A stretch of DNA of 63,998 bases, filler included, from Porpidia crustulata (GCA_964255105.1; 5 parts of 5 records of this genome joined end to end with filler, not necessarily neighbours in it), one strand, 5' to 3'; positions 26,152 through 38,174 are shown, counted from the whole stretch's first letter. A program made the numbers and translations. The notes: generated by a model not told the origin, from the sequence alone.

Positions 26152-28287
26152 GGTGAAAGCAGGGGGGGGGGCGTAAACTGAGAACGCAAGGGAGGTGTAC
26201 CGAGAAAGACGTATATGAAATTACGAGAAAATATGAAGATCTTCGACTCGTTGACGTTGACTGTGGCGTGGTTCGTCAGTGCAGAAAATTCCTTTGTTGA
26301 TATCGTGGAGGGAGCCGCGGACGGATCTGCACCAGCCGAGCCATTCATGCCAGATGGGAAGTCGGTCCAGACCTGTATATTTGGGAATCTCTCGCTCTCC
26401 GTTCTCGACGACCCCCGACGATGCAAGGATACGCTGGCAGCGCTGTATGCACCCTCGAAATACGCTCCCATCAGTGCGCCTTAAAAACCATAGAGCTCCC
26501 ATGGATAGTATTCCCCATCATGATCTCGGCACTGAAATCGGTATCTTAGACTTGATTGCATCCCTGAATCACGAACGTACAGATCGGCGGTGTCTGTTGG
26601 ATTGTCCGCAAAGGCGTATAGTGGCACCAGCTGGGCTGTGGAGGGTTGAATGATGCGCCTGTCTTTTGTGAACGATTCTCGATACGTGTTCAAGCTAAGG
26701 TAAGACCTCGATTCAGATTCGAGTTTGAAGACACGGACACTAGAGGGGATGTAGGCCGTGTTATAGGGAGGGTTTTGATCGATTGAGAAGAGGTTGTCCT
26801 TGAAGCCCTTCCAACCTCTACGGGAGGGCCGGGTTTCTACATTATGTCACTCGACTTCATTAAGTCGGTCGGGATTATCGTCAATGTCTTGATTGGCACT
26901 TGGCTCTTCGAACTGTGTACTATGAAGGCCATCTGCTTCGCTCGGCAGGTCTACACTGGCCAGATACAAGTCATTGCTTGGTGGAGTATTCGCGCTGTGC
27001 AATCGAGTATCCGGAATGAGTGATGATCGAGCGCTCGAAAGGTGCGGTTCGAGGAGGAGCGGATAGTTTGCTTCCAGCTCAGCCAGTGAAGAAGCGTTTG
27101 TGGTAACGTTTGTTACTAGATCAGACTCTGAACTTGGTGGCGATGGCATTGAAGAAGCGCCATCGCGCTGCATACCCATGATCAACCTTTGCTCATCAAT
27201 TATGAGGATATCAAAGTTCCCTAGCTCGTTGATGAGACCATAGTTTGGCACTGTGGTGACATCTTCGTAGAACGACTTGAGTAGACCTAGGATCTTCTTC
27301 TTCGCACAAGCGACAACCTCTCTCATCTCATAGCCTGGCTGTTGGTATCCTCTTGAGCAGCCCAGATTGCTCAACAGCCAAGCCGCTTTCAGGGGGTCGG
27401 CGAATGCTCGTGCAATATCATGCCATGCCTTGTCGGATGCCGGTAAGGAGTGATAGCTGAGCTTAAGATCATTCTCTTGCCTCCACTCTTCTAAACAGGC
27501 CGAGCTCTTCGAGAGCCAATAAACGCTGTGTCTGAGCTTCTAACTCAAGAGGTCTTCCACACCTGATTTGTTGCCGATAGCGTCTTGCGTCTTCTGTTGG
27601 AGTCTGGTTGCAAGAGTCCGACCAATTTCGCCGTGAGAGATGTTTCCACAAGTAAAAGTATGCAGATTTTGCCCATCAGCATTTCTGATGTTGTGATGTA
27701 CTGTAATTCCGTGGAAGAAACTGTCCATCAAGGTTTGTAAACGCGATGAGGTATTTGCGGCTTCGTCGATATGCTTGCTGATCCAATGAATGGTTCCAGA
27801 CCTTCTTATTCCAAAGCTCTCTTTCTGTGTCCTGGTATCAATTAGTTAACGGTTTCGTGAGTTGGACGAAAGGATTGACCGACGACTCCATTGTTTCATT
27901 GATAATTTCTATCATTGTTGACGTATGCGAGAGTAATCTTAGGTTATGCTCAATCCACACAGAGTCGAGCGCCCTCGACCATTCTTCTCCAGCCATCGTG
28001 TCGGATGCAAAGCAGCGTGAACAAGAGACCAGGCCTGATTTGAGGTTGACCAGAGCATCGGAGAGGCCTAGAGTCAGTTGGCAAAAGACCGCTCTGGGCT
28101 CCTTTGCTATGTCGTATTTGTAGGCGAAACGGCTGATGCCATTTGTGAGACTCAACAGCGTAGCACCAAGCTTGCGACATGGTAAAGATACTGGCAGGAA
28201 AAAGTTGAGATACTGGCCATAGAGGTACCTTATCTCTTTCAACAGCCGCAGGCTGCGTTGGAGATCTATGTTAGCTGGAGAAGCCAT
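26152..28287 (-). pseudogene. Uncharacterised fungal gene with three in-frame stops; 3' truncated at contig end
   Basis: ORFs 27540-27731, 26847-27374, 26481-26693 and 26100-26471 share one frame and read through TAG (27540-42), TGA (26847-49) and TAA (26481-83). Likely first exon from ATG 28287. Confidence 0.7.
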
Positions 28288-28979
28288 CACACCCAAGGGA
28301 CATGACTTCAATGCAGTGTACAATAGGAACTTGTCTCGCCAGAAGGTCCGCTGGGGCTTGCTCGCTACATTTTTCAGATGCTTTGGTGAGTGACGACTCG
28401 TGAAGAAAAAGGAGGAAATAGATCGTGGTGGAAGGGCGATGAGGGGGATTGCGCATCAGTGTCCACCAGCGCAAGGCCTGGGGAACTCGGCTCAAGCTAC
28501 TCACAATATACCTAGGTACGACAACAATCAGGCACTGTACCACAAACAACGTGTCAGATAATGGCGCACACTACGGAATCCAAGATGCTGCCTGATAATC
28601 ATCACCCAATCATTGATCAGCCAACCAACCAAGAGCTCGCCGACTGGAAGAGGAACCCCCACTGTACGGATTATATACCATAGATTAGGTTGACTGCAGG
28701 AAGCTCTCCGTAATCGATCCAATCGCAATTCTGTTGTCAGTCACAAGTAACATCGTTATCTGTCCGAGAACGCCTAGAGAACCGCCTTGCTCGGTTTATG
28801 AGGTTGGTCCGATTAAGAAGGTTGGCTCATAAATGGCATTATTCTGACTCTGTTTCGTAGAAAAGACACAGTTCAGGCCTTGAGATCGCCGACTTTAGCT
28901 TTCTCTCCACAATACCAACCCTCGGTTTTTGGGAAGACTTTCGGACCCCGCTTGAGCGGATGCACCCCCAGTCGAAAAG

Positions 28980-31345
28980 ATGCAGGATAATCCATCACCC
29001 TCAGTCATCCGATCACAGCGAAATGATGTTCGGCGACCACGGTCTACTCAAGAGATCGAGCTTCATGTCTTGGGAAACGGTGAAGATCAGGCAAAGTTGG
29101 ACGTATCAGGGCCAGAGAACATCGACCTTACCAGCCGTGGCAAGCTGCAGCTCGTAAAGCCAAGAGAGAAATTTGGGTATTTTTCCACGAGGTATACTAC
29201 GCCCCATTCCTGTTCGAATGCTATTGAGAAGTTAATACCAAAGCGGGACGATACAGCGCCCTGATCTTGAACAAGATGGTCGGTACCGGGATTTTCGTAT
29301 CCCCGGCAACTGTTCTAGCGATCACAGGCAGCAAGGGTACCAGCCTTATGCTGTGGCTACTAGGTGGCGTGGTGAGTTGGGCAGGGTAGGTGCAGACCTC
29401 ACCCAGGAATATTCGGTAGGACTGAGCGAGTTCTGACTGGTAGGCGTTTACCAGACTGGCCGTCTACCTGGAGTACGGCATTCGATTTCCGCTGACTGGG
29501 GCCGAGCTGCATTATGTAAGTGAAGCACTAGATCATGAGCACAGTCCCGTCTTCTTCGAGAAACAGGGATGAGGGTTGATTTGGAGACCATGCGGGATTT
29601 GGGTGTCTGAAGAGGGCCAGATTTGCAGGGTATGATGATTTTCTTCTGACTTAAGATCATTAGATCGCCTTCGTAGGGACGAAACCTAAGCTCCTGATGA
29701 CTTACACATATTCAATCTACTATGTCATCTTAAGTGGAAGCCAAGCCAATTCACTGGTCTTTGGTCAAGCCGTGCTCCTGGCCAGTACCGTGGAGGGTAC
29801 CACTTTAGACACGCGACTGCAGAAATTGTTCGCGATTCTTCTGGTCGCAGTCATCTGCCAGCTGCAGGCATTTTCCAGAATCAATTATGTGCGTTTTGCG
29901 AACGTATTCGCTATCTAAAAGATCAGCTTTCTATCTATCGTCACCATACTTGGATGGTGTGCTCTTCGACACCAGCGTATGAAGGTGGCAGCTGCGTTGA
30001 ACGACCCTTATGGAACCTAGAATCTGAATAATGCATTCACTGGGACAACGCACAGAATGTATCCTATCGCCGTTGCAATGCTGGACATTTCCAGAGTATA
30101 CAGTGGATATGAAAACGCCAATTTCGTCCTCGAAGAAGTTCGTCGACCTCCCGGAAACGAGACGAAGGTTTTTCGATACGGAGCTAAAGGTGCTATCATG
30201 GTGGTCTGGTTCTTCTACCTCATGGTCAATATTCCATTGGTAAGTCCAAACATGACACGCCAACCGCAAGTGATTATTGAAGGTGGTTCTAGTTTGTAGC
30301 TTGCTCCACGGAAGAATTGATCAATTCTTCGGATGTCCTATCATTATTTTTCACTAAGGTTAGCGAGTCATTGAGAGCACGGTTACAGCTTTGACCCATA
30401 GTCTTCGCAGGTTTTTGGCCCATCACCAAAGACCCGCACAGCATCGGGCACGTTGCTAGCAATATCTGCTGCTGGCAATATTATGTCAGCGACCTATTCG
30501 GTGGTGAGAGGTGAAATTTGCTGGAATGATCCAAACCTAGGGTGAAGCGCTGACCACAGCACAGTCAAGCAAGAGATAGCGCGTCTTGGAATACTTCCAT
30601 TCCCCGCTTTCTTTGCTAAATCCACCAGGTACGACACACCAGGGCCGGCGTTGCTGCTTCATTTCATCTTTTCAACTGTCTTTATCATTGCAACACCACT
30701 GTCAAACACCAACGACTATCTCGTATTCAGCACCATCTTTTACTATGATAGGACGGTCGTTGCAGGTATGTGACTTTCTCTCACTCCTATGAAGCGAGTT
30801 CTTAATATGGCACAATCGTCCTCGGACTGGCCCTGCTGGCTGCTCCTCGCCTGAAGTCATTCAACTATGCTGGCCAGAAATGGTCCCCCAAAGGCAGCCG
30901 ACTTGGTCTCTGGTACGTGTTTGCGCTGACCGTGGTATACATAATTGCCAATCTTTTCGTCTTTGTGGTGGATTGGTTCCCTTCGAGCTTGCAAGATACC
31001 CTGGGCACAAAGGAGCGGGTAGTAGCGTCATGGGTTGGCCCTACGCTTGGGACTGCTTGTTTCGCCGCAGGAGCAGCGTATTGGCTTTGGGATCGATATG
31101 CCCTACGGTGGCTGGGCTATGAATTGGAGCCTTTACGAGAGCGTACCGTTGGAATGACGGTGCATATCGAGTTCCACGTAAGTTATCAGCTTTCTCCAAA
31201 GTCCTTCATGCTGATGACCCTACAGCGGCACTTGAGTGGCTTTGCGGAATACCTCGTGAATGAGAGCAAACCCTACTTGGCAAAGATGAAGGATGTGTGG
31301 GAGCTCTTGACTCGTCGGCGCCAAAGCGAGGAGGATATGGCATGA
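28980..31345 (+). pseudogene. APC-superfamily amino-acid permease (LAT/Mup1-like), disrupted
   Basis: Spliced reading gives LNKMVGTGIFVSP, LWLLGG, YLEYGIRFPLTGAELHY, YSGYENANFVLEEV, ISAAGNI, RVKQEIARLGILPF. In-frame TAA 29916-18 and TAG 30018-20. An expected acceptor reads CAA instead of CAG at about 30813-15. Confidence 0.85.
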
Positions 31346-31605
31346 CTCGTAATGAAATCCTTAGACCTTCTTTGCGTTTGCAATTATCAGCCAGTTGAGG
31401 TTATAACCTAACGCTCCAACATTGAAAAGCCCCTTGAAAATAACATCAGTATCGAGATCCTAGATGTAAGGTAATCTCTCTCGTGCAAAAAGGCTTTCAT
31501 GCGTAATCGGCAAAACCTGACAGTCATAAGGTATCTTCATTCGTCATTCAACGTACTGTACATGGATGATAAAGATACTTCAGCCATAAAAAATCCTCAC
31601 TGTTC

Positions 31606-33361
31606 TCAAAGGTACTGCTGACCCGAAGACCCTTGCCGGTCTTTCGTCCTTGCACAAATATCGCGGTATTCTTTCTCGAAGAAAAATTCCTTTTCCCCAA
31701 GGGCGGGCCTAAGTTCATCAAGCCAGGTAGCTTTTGTATCAAATTTTGCAAAAAAAAGTCGCTCAGTCCAACTAGGGTTCCGAGCCTGGAAGAATTTCAG
31801 CACAAAGACACGTTCACCTTCGACTGCTTCGATGCCGACAATTCCGATCTTGCCTGGAGAAGCTGACATAGAGGGGCCTCGGACAGTCCGTGCAGTACCA
31901 GCAACGGGAGCAATGGCGGAGCTGAAGATTGAGTAGGCAGTTGCAAGAGGCACTGAAAAGTAATCTTTTGCGCCAGTATCACGCTCTACAAACCTGTGGC
32001 AGGTACACAATGTGAGTTAGTAGCATTCAATGGCCCCAAAACCCTATTCGGTGACGACGAGCTACTTCTGCAAACGGTGGACCTATTGACGTACATATAG
32101 TAAGGAATCGCCCCTAATCTAGTCTGCAAATCCCACATCCTCGCCCAAGTTGCAGCGCTATCATTTATGCGTCGTATAAGGGGCCCTTGGCACCTGATTT
32201 GGGTCCCTGTCATCTTAATCAGTCTTATTGCCTCTTGAGCCGTTGGGTACTCCAATTCTCGCGGATGACTGAAATGCGCCTGGATGGTGATGTGCTTTCC
32301 AGAAGCAACGACTTTCGCAAAGAGCTGCAAGAGGGACTTGGAGTCCGAGTCCGTAGAAAATCGGTAAGGCCAGTAAGCCAGCGATTATGTCCCGAGTCTG
32401 ATCGTACTCAAATGTTCAGTGTCTTGATCATGTAGTAGAGGAGATATGTAGCTTCCCAGGGTTTTAGAGGACATGACCAACGGATCACCACCAGTGATTA
32501 GAAGGTCTCTCACTCGTGGATGCTGACTGATATATTGCTTAAGCTTCTTGACTTCCTTGGATTGGAACTGTTGATCTGATCCAACCGAGGTGAATTGAGC
32601 CCATCGGAAGCAGTAAGTGCAGAAAGAATGACAGAATTGGCCCTACTGACAGTTAGATATATGTGCTGGGATGTAGGCTGCAAAGGGCTGACCTCTGTCG
32701 GGAAAAAGAGTATGGTCTCGCGGTACTTGTGCTGTGTACCGAGCAGATCCTGGTCCTGGAGAAGAGGCACATTCTCTTGCTTCTGGCCGGCAGGATGAGG
32801 ATTTAGAGTCGCACGAATCGCCTCTGCCTTGTCCCGTAGAGAGACTTTCGATATACCGGGCTGTGTGATGGCACTCATCATAGATCTAAGGTCGTCTTGC
32901 GAGAGCATTGCTGTTTGCGGAAAAACGAGTTGAAAGATCGGATCTGCTGGTACATTTGACCTGGAGTATTCGCAGATCTTAGCATGAGCGTAGTAGGCCA
33001 TATAAAGTGACCTTCAGAGTGAATAGTGTAATTTGTGCCGCAAGGTTCGCACAAATTGACGAGCAAGACGAATGAAAAGTGGATCGTAGACAGACCAATC
33101 AATGAGATCATCCAACACATAGTCATTAGCCCGCATTGGAAAGACTTGGGCCGCTGCGAGATACGCAAGGGAATCTAGATGAGGAGCATATCGCGCGAAG
33201 ATGCTTGCGATGTGACTTTTGGTATACAACCGAAAAGCTCGAGCGTGCTCACTAGTCCTCTTCAGGGGTACATTCGCGGTTGTGGCAGTTGCATAAGAGC
33301 GCGCAGTATAGGTTCCGATGTTAGAAAGGCGCTGACAATTGCGAGCTTTGCACAGAGCCAT
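31606..33361 (-). pseudogene. KamA/lysine 2,3-aminomutase-like radical SAM + PLP enzyme with one in-frame stop
   Basis: Spliced reading gives ADPIFQLVFPQ, HPAGQKQENVP, QHKYRETILFFP, GQFCHSFCTYCFRW (CxxxCxxC at about 32633-32610), LLITGGDP, IRLGT*SLAYWP (TAA at 32387-85), HFSHPREL, PYYMFVERDTG, GPSMSASPGK. Confidence 0.9.
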
Positions 33362-33971
33362 CGAAAGTTGACGAATTGGTTCAGAATCCCAGTCCTCCCA
33401 GGCTCAGCAATAATAGTGTCCTTCGTCCCGAGATGTGGCTGTTATAGCCACCATGTGGTCGAATCCTGAAATCTCTTTCCCACGTTGAATTTTGAGACTC
33501 ATTCATCGATTAATGGCATCGGCGATGCACCTCCTGTAGGGCAGGTGTGGTCCTAGTTACCAATCAACAAAGGTGGAGGTTTTGCTGCGAAATGCGAACA
33601 GGTTGGATCTGGCCGGGTACTCATGGTGCGCTCCTACCACAAGTAGCAGGCAGCCTTGTAAACTTCAATGAGGTCCACACATATTGTGTCGAAGACACTG
33701 CGTCGTGTGCGCTGGGTTGCATATCATCTCTTGCTCTACTGGTTCTTCTTAGGGCATTCACTTCAGGGAATTGTCCAATAGATAAAGGACGCTGCTTATC
33801 TTATTTCTCCATCAAGGCTGATCAGGACAGGTTCACAGCTTGCAATTTCATCTCGTCGTCTAGGAATCTAATCGTTTAATTTCTGTAGTTGTTCTCCGTA
33901 ATAGATGTTGTCTGGCTGAAAGTAATCTCGTTCATGGAGATACCAAAAATCCACGCATTGCTTCTTCTACA

Positions 33972-35814
33972 TCATACTGGCGCACGTGGCTGAAGCATTC
34001 GAAAAATACCCAATTCCACCAAGGTGAGTAGGGATATCGTAAGACCCTGCAACGGATCTGTGATGATTCCACGTACAACGATAAAGCTGCTGAAGATAAT
34101 AAAGCTGATGGGGTTGAGTGTCCACGTTCTGTAAGGCGAATCATTGAGAGCTGATTTGCGACGACGGAGGACGAACACTCCGATGACAGCTAGGAGGAAG
34201 AAGGAGCATTCGGTAATGCCTGAACAAGTTTGAATTTAGTCGCTCATTAGACCAAAGAGACTGCGGGCTCCATACCAATAAGCGTGATAAGAGTGTCGAG
34301 CGTTCCAATGAGTATGTAGATTGAAACAATCAGTGCGTTCGTGATCATTGCATATCTAGCACATATGCAGGTCAATCGGGCTCAGATTATCGTCCGAGGT
34401 GGAATACGAATACAGGCACCTTCTTGTCCCAACGAAGATTCTCTGTTCTGTCCGCAAACCATACAATGCCATATAATATAGGAGTCGGAAATCCATGCAT
34501 CGTCTTTCTTGTAGATGATGCATCTCCTTCTCTAGTGGAGCAATGGCTATTTGCAAAAAGCTTAGGGAAATAGTGACTATGGCTCGCAGCGACCATGAGC
34601 CTTCCTGTTGCGAATACATTGGCATTTAAAGCACCTAAACAGGACACAGAAACAATTAATGAATACAAGAGACCGCCAGCAGGGCCGAAGAGTCGGGAGC
34701 CGAATTCCTTCATAAGCATGTCAGTTCAAGGACGACACGAGGACTAGAGTGGAAGAATATATAGATAACAGACCGTAGCAACAGCTCTTTCCTCTCTCAG
34801 ATCCTGAAACGGTATTACGATGTAAAATGCCACGCTTACAAGAACGAAGCCACTAAGAGCCACGCTCATTGCTGTATTGATCACACGGTGGAGATCACGA
34901 CGCGGATCAGCCATCTCGCCCGCAACAAAGCCGATCTAAGAATTGTGTGATCATGATTTACAGACTCTGTCAAAGAACACAGCAAGATCAAACTCACAGT
35001 TTCCCATCCTCCGTAGCAGAACAGCGCGCCATAAATGGCTGTAATGTAATCCCCCGTTTTTGCCCAATTTGGCATTTTCTGACGATCAGGATCTGGATCC
35101 TCTGCAAATCACGCAAGTCCCACATGTTGAGAGCGATTTCGTATTCCAATCACGGCCACAGTCAAGCCTATAACGGTAATAGAGGATATCGCAAGTGCCT
35201 TCAGCACGAGAAACGCGTTCGCAGCCCGTGCTCCGGCAATAGTTCCCAGGCAGTTGATGAAGGTAATGAAGGAAATACCCAATACAGCAATAAACTTTAC
35301 CTCCCATACGGATACCTCGCGATCAGACACGATTGCGCTGCTTAAGTTCTCAGCAAATATCATCGCTATCATGGCCATGGCATAAGGCCTTAGAAATTGT
35401 TATCCATGTCCAAGAGAATAGGAATCCGAAAAATTCGCCGTAACAGATCCTGAGATACTCCTGGACGCCACCATTCTTTGACACTACTAAGCCGAGTTCG
35501 ATGAACGACGCAGCGCCAGTCCACACTACAATACCCGCCACGAGCCAGACTAAGATGGCCCCACCTGGAGATGGTACGTGGGCGCTTACTTGCGATGGAG
35601 CATAAAAAATGCCAGAACCAATTTGTAGGCCAAGGACGAGAGCCAAGCCATTGGTGAAGGTCAGTGATCCATCGCCCTGACCTCGAGCATTGCTGCTGGT
35701 TAGAATATCGTTGCTTATGGACAACTCGAACCGTCCCGTTGAGACCGATGTTGGGCTTGCACTTGAGCTTTGAGCATGATCTTCATCAAATGAGACGGAT
35801 GATCTCATGGGCAT
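33972..35814 (-). pseudogene. Second APC/LAT-type amino-acid permease, disrupted
   Basis: LGLQIGSGIFYAP, SFIELG, GGVQEYL, LFCYGGWET, SCLGALNANVF, PYRTW. A +1 frameshift at about 35388 (AAGGCCT; removing one base restores KPYAMAMIAMIFAE) and an in-frame TGA at 35111-09. Confidence 0.85.
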
Positions 35815-36090
35815 AATGTTAGGATAACTGGCAGGACTCCAGGCCAAGCGCTCTAGGCTGGTCGAAGAACAGTAGTCAGGTGTATTTTGGACAATGCTGT
35901 AGTATAAAAAGCTATAACGAGAGAGGAACTCTGCTGTTCGTCTCTCAGTGCATTCCCGATTATCCTTGACAAATCACAGCAGTATCACGGCGAGCGCGGG
36001 CAGCTTATCAACTGAAGCTTAAGACGAAGGAAATGAAGAAATAGTACGACGTAAAAGACTAAAGATATGATAGTGAGAAACTATTATCTC

Positions 36091-36559
36091 AATATTCAGG
36101 ATCCTGCCTCGAAAACTAAACTTTTTTATTCTTTTTTTTTCTCGAGTCCAAACGCTCTAAATCAGTGTCTCAGTTATCACTGTTACGGCCATACCCACCA
36201 TATCTAGTAGTATTGGACCAAGTCTTCCAACTTGGTATTTCGCCTTTTAGGTGGTGCGGTTGGGTATTGCGCCCCTCATGTGGATTGCGCCCACCCCACC
36301 TAGCTTCCTCACCCGGGTAAACCAATACCCCTGGGGGTGGTCGTAGCAAAAATCTATTTTACATACATTAAATTAGTGTTAAACATTAATTATAAATGCT
36401 CTTAATTTATTTAACGATTTATTAAAAATAATGAGCGAATTTATATCGAATTACGAGCACTGAGAATGATGTGATGACTGAGACACTAATTTTGAGCGTT
36501 TGAGCTCGAAAACAAAAAAGTTCAAAAAATTTAGTTCCCGAGGCAGGATCCTGAATATT
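36091..36559. mobile_element. MITE-like non-autonomous element with about 90-bp imperfect terminal inverted repeats
   Basis: Left AATATTCAGGATCCTGCCTCG...AAACGCTCTAAATCAGTGTCTCAGTTATCAC matches the reverse complement of the right end GTGATGACTGAGACACTAATTTTGAGCGTTT...CGAGGCAGGATCCTGAATATT. AT-rich non-coding interior. Confidence 0.85.
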
Positions 36560-36715
36560 GGGGTAACAGCGAACCCTCGGGGAGGTACACGGTCATATTA
36601 GCGCCCCTCGCACCTCGGCTGTGCTCGATCCTTGGCGTTCTTTTTGTTAGGTTGCTTTTGTTACCTGACCTAAGATACCCTCTGCTCTGTCCTTCTCGAG
36701 TCCCATGTCTATTCA

Positions 36716-38174
36716 ATGATGCTGTCTCGAAGCTCTGCCACTAAGTTGGCGCAGGTACAGTCAACTCCTGTTTGCTGTGCAATGAGTGCGTTCTCGTAAG
36801 GCCATACTAACGTGATATCAACCTTTTTAGCCATTGCTGTCAGGCATCAGATGCTCACCACAATGCTCATTAATATCGGCGCACTCGAGATGTCTGTTTT
36901 CTTCCCCTTTATAGAGAGAAATTTCATATTGATATTTCTATGCAGCAATGGCAACCGTTCAGTCGGATATCTTCAAGCCAACCAAGTTTGGTGGAAAATA
37001 TACAACAACTCTGATCCCAGGTACGGAGTTGAGTCATGGGCCTCGTGATTGCTCTAAAAACGAAGTGGCTCATTCTCTTTTCCAGGTGATGGGATCGGCG
37101 CCGAAGTGGCCGAATCTGTGAAAACTGTCTTCAAGGCGGATAATGTCCCAATCGAGTGGGAACAGATTGATGTCACCGGGGTTGAGACTGGCGACAAGCA
37201 TTCGGAAGATCTGTTCCGAGAATCGATTGCTTCGCTAAAGCGCAATAAGCTTGGTCTTAAAGGTGTGGTTGTTTGGGCTGCTTGCAATGACACTGCTAAA
37301 AAGGTCAAGGAATACTGCACACTCCGGTGGAAAGATCCGGGCACCAGTCATTCAATGTTGCATTACGCCAAGAACTCGATATATATGCATCAATTGTTCT
37401 CATTAAGAACATCCCTGGCTACAAGACACGTCACGATAACGTCGACCTCTGTATAATCCGTGAGAACACCGAGGGCGAATATTCCGGCCTTGAGCACCAA
37501 TCCGTTTCGGGTGTGATTGAGTCTCTCAAAATCATCACCCGGGCAAAGTCGGAACGCATCGCCAAGTTCGCTTTCAGCTTCGCTCTCGCAAACCATAGAA
37601 ATAAGGTCACATGCATTCATAAGGCTAACATCATGAAGCTTGCCGATGGTCTTTTCAGGGATACGTTTCATAAGGTTGCCCAGGACTACCCAACCCTTGA
37701 GGTCAACGATATGATCGTTGACAATGCTTCAATGCAGGCAGTCTCGAGACCGCAGCAATTCGACGTCATGGTCATGCCCAATCTCTACGGAGGTATCCTT
37801 TCGAATGTTGGAGCTGCACTAGTCGGAGGTCCAGGTATTGTGCCCGGGTGTAATATGGGTCGAGATGTCGCAGTCTTCGAACCTGGATGCCGCCATGTCG
37901 GTCTCGACATCAAAGGCAAAGATCAAGCCAACCCAACCGCCATGCTTCTATCAGGTTCCATGCTCCTACGTCATCTAGGTTTAGACACGCACGCAAATCG
38001 TATATCGAAAGGCGTCTACGCTGTCATTGGTGAAGGGTATGGTCTTGAGAAACCTATTCCGAGGTATTCTGCTGACATGTGAGTAGCAAAACTAGAACTC
38101 GAGACATGGGCGGAACGAGCTCGACGCATGATTTTACCCGAGCTGTACTGCAGAGAATGGAAGAGACCGAATGA
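36716..38174 (+). CDS. IDH1: Mitochondrial NAD-dependent isocitrate dehydrogenase subunit 1
   Basis: KFGGKYTTTLIPGDGIGAEV, SFNVALRQELD, IRENTEGEYSGLEH, IHKANIMKLADGLF, NASMQAVSRPQQFDVMVMPNLYG, TRDMGG. Confidence 0.95.

Noticed and set aside
26152..35814. Stop-codon reassignment, readthrough or A-to-I restorative editing as the explanation for the in-frame stops
   Set aside because: All three stop types occur and neighbouring genes terminate normally with them. Editing would yield Trp, which fits only the TGA at 35109-11 and not the probable Lys position in the aminomutase. A frameshift and a splice-site loss also occur.
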